DNA from: Octopus sinensis
Lineage: Eukaryota
Direction: 5' to 3'
Assembly (NCBI RefSeq): GCF_006345805.1
Contig: NW_021825898.1
Coordinates: forward strand, 1-14,011
Length of the DNA stretch: 14,011 nucleotides
The notes beneath the pieces are model-generated. The model had not been told where the DNA came from, did not search any database, and saw only the letters and a program-made list of their open reading frames with translations. Positions within the stretch are counted from its first letter, which is position 1; every line of letters starts with the position of its first letter. Below are positions 8,361 through 14,011 of this stretch, piece by piece. Both the position numbers and the translations under genes were made by a program.

Positions 8361-8702
8361 ATGCTTTGTCAAAACAAACCTCACGTCGTCAAAACAAAAC
8401 ACCATTCACCTAATGGGAGTAATTCCCCTTGCAAGGGTTAATCATATCTCTCTTAAAAAGCTATTTCAAAAAATTATTTCCAAGGGCTATTTTCATATAA
8501 GTAGGGTAACCGGGTGCAGGTATCATTTATAAGCGTCAATTATAAGCAAGATAAGTATATATATTTATAATTATAAACATAATTATAATTAGGGGTCAGC
8601 TAATTGCTTCACTACATACCCAATTTAGAAATAGGAGTTAAAAATTCCTTTTCTACTACCGGAAGAATCTCCCAGACAATTTGATATATATATATATATA
8701 TC

Positions 8703-8920
8703 TTTTTCGCCATGATAAATCACTATCCACTACACATTCTTTATTTTCTCTCTTTGTTTGTTTCTATGTTCCTTTCTGTGGAAGAGCGTAGGCTCGAAAC
8801 GTTAAAGACCTTTTCACCTCCCGAGCGTTATACTAATACATCTGTTTGTTGTCTACACTACCCATCCTCGTCTTTTGTTTTTTTGTGAATTCTCCCTATA
8901 TGTATGTGTGAATTCTCCCT
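8703..8920 (+). mobile_element. Short (TA)n-flanked hammerhead-bearing element, unit 1 (Penelope terminal-repeat-like)
   Basis: Layout: pyrimidine tract, hammerhead-like motif, CCCGAGCGTTATACTAATAC, TCCTCG, T-rich end, (TA)n. Same architecture as 8937-9142. Confidence 0.65.
8772..8807 (+). ncRNA. Minimal hammerhead-like motif, core substitution (CUGUGGA)
   Basis: CUUU-CUGUGGA-A-GAGC-GUAG-GCUC-GAA-ACGU-U-AAAG. All three stems are intact, but the conserved A6 is U. Confidence 0.65.
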
Positions 8921-8936
8921 ATATATATATATATAA

Positions 8937-9142
8937 ATGTGACCGCGTGTTTACCGTTGGCGATTTTTTCCCCTCTGCCTTCCCTTCTCTGGATTTTTTC
9001 CTTCTCCTATGTTTCCGACGAAGATCTCCGCTCGAAATGTTATACCCTCCTTCTTTCCATCTTTCCTGAGCGTCCAATAATACTATATTTGTTCCACGTC
9101 CTCGCGTTGTTGTGTTTTTTGTGCTTTAATGTTTGGATTAAC
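8937..9142 (+). mobile_element. Short (TA)n-flanked hammerhead-bearing element, unit 2
   Basis: Homologous to the reverse complement of 1616-1720. Downstream CCTGAGCGTCCAATAATAC and GTCCTCG parallel unit 1. Bounded by (TA)n at 8919-8935 and 9143-9166. Confidence 0.7.
9011..9045 (+). ncRNA. Degenerate minimal hammerhead-like motif
   Basis: GUUU-CCGACGA-A-GAUC-UCC-GCUC-GAA-AUGU-U-AUAC. There is one change each in the core, stem I, stem II and stem III relative to an intact motif. Confidence 0.55.
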
Positions 9143-9166
9143 TATATATATATATATATATATATA

Positions 9167-9900
9167 CAAAGTGCGGTGAATATATTGTTGTCTAAATTAC
9201 GCAAAAAGGAAAATAATACTGACATCTCATTTCAACAGATATATTTACCAAAATTACATAAAAATATTTTGAAATGCTAAAGAGTAAATCTATTCAATAA
9301 AATCGCCATTGGCTCCAACCACGGCCTTCAGACGACATCGGAATCTCACGCAACTCTTCTAGACTGTATCCTTGTTTAAGTTGGTGAATGCTGCCAAAAT
9401 CCTTGCCTTCAGTTCATTTTTGATGTTACAAAAAGTTTTGTTGGTCTCTCGCTCAACTGCGCCCCCAAAATAATAATCAAGGGTGTTGCAGTCTGGGGAG
9501 TTAGGTGGCCTGATGTTAGGGATTATGTGGTCGCAGAAATTGTGATAACAATGAGGGAGTTCTCCTGCTTGCTTGGCATGGTACAGAGTCCTGTTTCCAG
9601 ACATAGGGTCTTCCAGCAACAACCCTCTTGACCCAGGGCAGCACTACCTCTACCAGGCACTTGATGAAGGTTTCCGTGTTGAGTTTGAGGTCATGTGGGA
9701 AGATGAATGAAGGCATAATGTTGTCATCACTAGTGATCACTCCAAACACCATGATGTTGGATGGGTGTTTGATCTTTATCACTCTCGGAACATGTTTTGG
9801 GGACACGGCAATCCAACGGTTCTGCGTGTTCACCATCTGTTCGTATTGAAGCTTCCGCAGTGAATGCCAAACAGCGCAGCATGTCGTTTCCAACTTCTGT
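9167..9900 (-). mobile_element. Decayed Tc1/mariner-superfamily DNA transposon, DD37D (maT-like), one end only
   Basis: Transposase remnants are present (see next feature). The element end reads TA|CAAAGTGCGG at 9165-9176 in a (TA)n tract, consistent with a TA target and a CAGGGTG-like TIR start. No partner TIR is seen. Confidence 0.85.
9290..9892 (-). pseudogene. Transposase pseudogene (catalytic domain C-terminal part)
   Basis: IMVFGVITSDDNIMPSFIF...YVWKQDSVPCQASRRT / NFCDHIIPNIRPPNSPDCNTLDYYFGGAVERE...KDTV*KSCVRFRCRLKAVVGANGDFIE*. There is a frameshift at ~9543, a premature stop at 9359-9361 and a natural stop at 9290-9292. Restoring one codon gives 37 residues between the QD and PLD-type aspartates. 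Confidence 0.88.
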
Positions 9901-9915
9901 AGCCATAAGTTGCAT

Positions 9916-10320
9916 AGCAAAAATATACGAAGCCCAATATACCCATCATGTCTACCCGTCTGATAAGGGTACACCAGGCACATGCATCACAACCATATGT
10001 GCGCGACATGGTGATCTCATATCAAGATAAACAGCACATGACCTTGCAGGTGAGGCCCAGTTAGAATTTTCTTCTGGTCGAGTAACCCATCCCGCTCAAA
10101 AGGTCCCTGAACAACGGTTGTTTAAGGATGTTGAACAAAACACCCATGTTTCCAGAGGTGAATAATTCAAACCTCAAAGAATCCCTCTCACAACACATGG
10201 CTATGATGCTCCCCCACTACTTCTGCTCGTGATCAGAGATCTACACATCGTCAGCCACTAAGGGACATGCTCAACTGGTTAAGGGCAAACAACTGACAAG
10301 CAAATCTGTGGTATTGAGCA
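9916..10320. repeat. Unclassified complex sequence, probably an interspersed repeat that truncates the transposon
   Basis: Higher-GC, non-microsatellite block abutting the broken transposon and the (ATT)n tract. It resembles an octopus repeat from memory only; there is no second full copy in the window. Confidence 0.4.
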
Positions 10321-10402
10321 TAATATTATTATTATAATTATTATTATAATTATTATTATTACTATTATAATTATTATTATTATTACTACTATTATTATTA
10401 TT

Positions 10403-10453
<51 letters not shown>

Positions 10454-10513
10454 TTTTTTTTTTTTATTATTATTTTTTATTATAATTATTAATATTATTT
10501 TTTATTATTATTA

Positions 10514-10551
<38 letters not shown>

Positions 10552-10563
10552 GTTATTATTATT
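10321..10563. repeat. Long imperfect (ATT)n microsatellite with poly-T interruption
   Basis: Direct reading. Confidence 0.97.
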
Positions 10564-10565
10564 AA

Positions 10566-10791
10566 GGCATAGAACTGGCAGAAACGTTACCATGTTGGGT
10601 AAAATGCTTAGTGGTATTTCGTCCGATTTTAAGTTCTGAGTTCAAATTCTGCTGAGGTCGTCTATGCCTTTCATCCTTTCGGGAAGGGGGGGGTCGATTA
10701 AATAATTACCCGTTACGCATTGGGGGTCAATGTAATCGGCTTAATTCCTTCCCCCCAAATTTGGGGCCTTGTGCTTCCAGTACAAAGGATT
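10566..10791 (+). mobile_element. SINE family B, full-length diverged copy
   Basis: CTGGCAGAAACGTTA..AAATGCTTAG.GGTATTTCGTC..GTTCTGAGTTCAAATTC..GCCTTTCATCCTTTCGGG..GGTCGAT, colinear with 2744-2900. Followed by (GTT)n at 10790-10818. Confidence 0.88.
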
Positions 10792-11209
10792 GTTGTTGTT
10801 ATTGTTGTTGTTGTTGTTATCATTACAGGGTTAGCTTTAAATATTGACCGATATCAACAAGTAATCAAAATCTACTTAATTCCAAGTCCCCGTTAGTGCC
10901 TTGTGCTCTCTCCGCATGAACTAATAATATAAGACAAGATTAATGGTGAAAGTTTCTTCTGCGCATGCCAATTTGTTTCCCTATTAGCTTTTAGTAATTG
11001 TTGTGTCATGCCACTTATGGTGTCACATAAACAGGGATCTTTATTCTAATGTCCACGTAAATGGTTACTTTATAAATTGGTCCCCGCAACGTGACTTTTT
11101 TTTTTACTTTTTTTTCTATAAATATTTCTTATTCTGGAAATTAGAATACTAATATTAGGTCTTTTTTTTCTTTTCTTATTTTCGTAGTTTTACTCCTTCG
11201 CTGTCTGTT

Positions 11210-11242
11210 TGTGTATGCGTATGTGCATGCGTGTGTGTGCAT

Positions 11243-11291
<49 letters not shown>

Positions 11292-11365
11292 TGTCCTTCT
11301 CTTCATCGTTGCCTTTATATATGTAAATATATATATATACACACGCATTAACAGAATGCCTATAC

Positions 11366-11412
<47 letters not shown>

Positions 11413-11522
11413 TATGTATATATATACTTTTTATATATATACACACATATACACATATATATGTATATATATATTATATGTGTATATATATGTGTATACA
11501 TACATATACATGAATATATATG

Positions 11523-11606
<84 letters not shown>

Positions 11607-11835
11607 CATACAGATATGCTGAAGGGGAAAGGTGCTCACTTTCGGGTGTTAAGAGTATATTTATGTGAAATGTTTCGCATATTTATAGTATACATAAATT
11701 TACGTATATATATATATATATATATATATATACGCGTAAATTAATATATATATATATATTATATATATATTAAAGGTCCTCTCTCTCTCTCTCTCTCTCT
11801 CCTATCTATCTATCTCTCCTCTCTCTCTCTCTGTT
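11210..11835. repeat. Compound microsatellite field: (GT)n 11245-11288, (TA)n, pure (GATA)n ~11524-11605, (TA)n, (CT)n
   Basis: Direct reading. Confidence 0.95.
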
Positions 11836-12039
11836 ATCTCGTCTTTTAAAAATGGCTTTTTCTGCAGTGCATGAAATTGTATTGATATATAATCTGAAAG
11901 TATTCATAAATTGTCACGAGTCAGTAGGAAACCACATCCTCTCCGATAACCTTCTTGGCTGTTAATTGATTATTTACAATGAGATGTTGAAAGGCGTAGT
12001 TGATAAGTTATTGTGGTTACCAACTAACTTCATCAAGAC

Positions 12040-12046
12040 CATCATT

Positions 12047-12087
<41 letters not shown>

Positions 12088-12097
12088 TATCATCATC
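12040..12097. repeat. (CAT)n microsatellite
   Basis: Direct reading; it explains the poly-I/poly-M ORFs. Confidence 0.95.
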
Positions 12098-12494
12098 GTC
12101 CTCAGCAGTGGCAATAACGGTAACGACATGTCAGAACATGCTTTCGGAATCAGAATCGTTTCACCGTGTACCAATATGAGGAATGCTTCAATCAACAAGC
12201 TGTAATTGATTCAGTCACCGGAGACAGATGCCGAATGTTTCTGAGAATTTAACCTGTGATAAAAGGAGAATCAGAAAAATGCAGATTCGACAGAAAAGTG
12301 ATGAAATGTCTGCATTGGAAATCCATAAGAGCCATGTTTAATTTAACTAACACACTTGCTGTGTGATAAAATGTCTTCTAGCTAATGGTTATATTGTCAG
12401 TAGATATAATGGTCATCAAACAGCGAGAGACAGGCACAGAGATGGGAGAACGGGATACAGTGATAAAATCTCGTGATTTTGCTAAATTTCGAGT

Positions 12495-12680
12495 TGTATC
12501 GGCCCAGGACAAATCTGCTGGAGATGATCAATGATCAAAGATGTTCCAGCCATGACATGTTCTTTTTACGTACGACAGCGAATAGATTATCAAATGTGAT
12601 TATCTGTGATGTGATTTAATATAGTTCTAGCGGTTATTTCTAGCAAAACGATCGACCGAGAAAATCCTTCTCTGGTTGGT
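12495..12680 (-). repeat. Highly decayed interspersed repeat (family C)
   Basis: TATTTCTAGCA..CGA.CGAC is shared with 2171-2195, and there is a patchy inverted match to 586-706. Confidence 0.35.
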
Positions 12681-12814
12681 CATTACTATAACATTTCTGT
12701 CCACATTTTTTGGCAGTTCCTAAGAGTTGCCTTATCAATCAAAAACTTATCGTTTGTTCGTCGTGGTCCCTTCCTGCAGCCTTTCAGTTCATCTGATAGG
12801 AGGTCATTTCTATC

Positions 12815-12970
12815 AACAACCCCAGAGTTCAAATGGTACTTATTTTATCAACCTTGAAAGGACTAAAGGCAAAGTCCACAACAACAGAATCTGAATTCAG
12901 AACGTAAAGACAATCGAAATACCAATAAAAATTTTGTCTGGCGTGCTAACGATTCTGCCAGCTCGCCGCC
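12815..12970 (-). mobile_element. SINE family B, diverged copy with intact 5' end
   Basis: Reverse complement: GGCGGCGAGCTGGCAGAATCGTTAGCACGCCAGACAAAAT..GGTATTTCG..ACGTTCTGAATTCAGATTC..GACTTTGCCTTTAGTCCTTTCAAGGTTGATAAAATAAGTACCA. Confidence 0.85.
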
Positions 12971-13699
12971 CTATATCCTCTTTAAATAATAACTCTTAAA
13001 TAATTAAACGTAATATTATGATAAACTGTTTGTTAGCCACAACAAAAACAACGATAATAACATTAACAGAATCAGCATAAACAATAACGATAAAACATTT
13101 CGAAATCTAAATAGATAGGCAAAACTAAATATACACTGCCACAGCACGTAACTGATAAATAATAAAATAAAATCTGATTTAAAAAACGTCGTAATTTGTC
13201 AGCATTTCCATACGTGCAATAAAGATACCCATTGCACCAGCTGTGTTATGTTACAGTATCACTTGCGTGGGCATATATAGCGGTATATGTATATGTGGTG
13301 TATTAAATTATTCTGAATCGTGGCAATAAGCTGTGGACAAAAGTATCAGTAAAAAAAAAAAGGTGGGCAATAGCTAAATAATACAGACTTGAGCTGCAGC
13401 CCCGAATACTTTTATAAATATTTGTTGAACACTTCTGTCGAATAATACCTCTCCAAAACTAATTATGTATAGTGTACCCTGTGAAGTGTATATGTGTCTT
13501 ACTACCAGGGATAAACATGCACACATATACAGATACAGACACATACAGACACACGTGCATGAATATTCATGCATATGGCGGTATACGGAGATATTTCGAG
13601 TTTAATAAAAGACACAAAGATAGTTTAGCCGAAGGCAATAGATAATCGCAGACTCACTTTACGTTATATAGGGGTGGTGTCTGGATGCGCGCGCAGAGG

Positions 13700-13976
13700 C
13701 GTACATCCATCCACACACATATTCATCCACACACATATACATATACAAACCTACATATATGTATATACATACGTAGACCCTTACGTGCATACAGACATAC
13801 CTATTAATATCCTATATTATTTACAGACAGATACATGCATAGACATAAATAAATTACATGCACATGTAAGTACATATTCATTTATGCATATATACCTACA
13901 TACAAATCTACATATATTTATAATATACATGCATACACGCTAATATATATATATGTAGGCATGTATGTATTATATA

Positions 13977-14011
<35 letters not shown>
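13700..14011. repeat. Degenerate (CATA/TA)n low-complexity tract ending in (GTAT)n
   Basis: Direct reading. Confidence 0.85.

Noticed and set aside
9516-9983. Intact 155-aa transposase CDS
   Set aside because: Chimeric ORF: the N-terminus comes from the adjacent unrelated block, the first catalytic Asp is missing, and it frameshifts before the third.
10210-10260. Hammerhead from minus-strand CTGACGA (also CTGATGA at 508-514)
   Set aside because: No GAAA at the right position and no complementary stem I.
11077-11091. TTGGTCCCCGCAAC resembling miR-133
   Set aside because: Diverges after 9 nt and has no precursor hairpin.
11966-12205. Poly-Ile / poly-Met proteins
   Set aside because: Translation of the (CAT)n microsatellite.

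Overview
Eukaryotic, AT-rich, microsatellite-saturated non-coding DNA (intergenic or intronic). The repeat families look like those I recall from octopus (coleoid cephalopod) genomes; this is recognition from memory, not a search result. No intact host gene is supportable, and nearly all listed ORFs are translations of (TA)n/(CA)n/(GA)n tracts. Real content: the 3' end of a CR1-clade LINE with a (TAAC)5 tail (1-390); three copies of a tRNA-headed CORE-like SINE (family A); five pieces of a tRNA-headed Nin/Deu-domain-like SINE (family B), including a nested inverted insertion and an internal 183-bp tandem unit; a decayed DD37D (maT-like) Tc1/mariner transposon (9167-~9900, minus); and a 2x100-bp tandem duplication. 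The most interesting signal is four hammerhead-ribozyme-like motifs of the minimal Penelope/retrozyme type. One has a perfect core (1628-1662, minus), two are degenerate and sit in tandem short elements embedded in (TA)n (8772-8807, 9011-9045), and one has a long stem II followed by AATAAA (7782-7858, minus).
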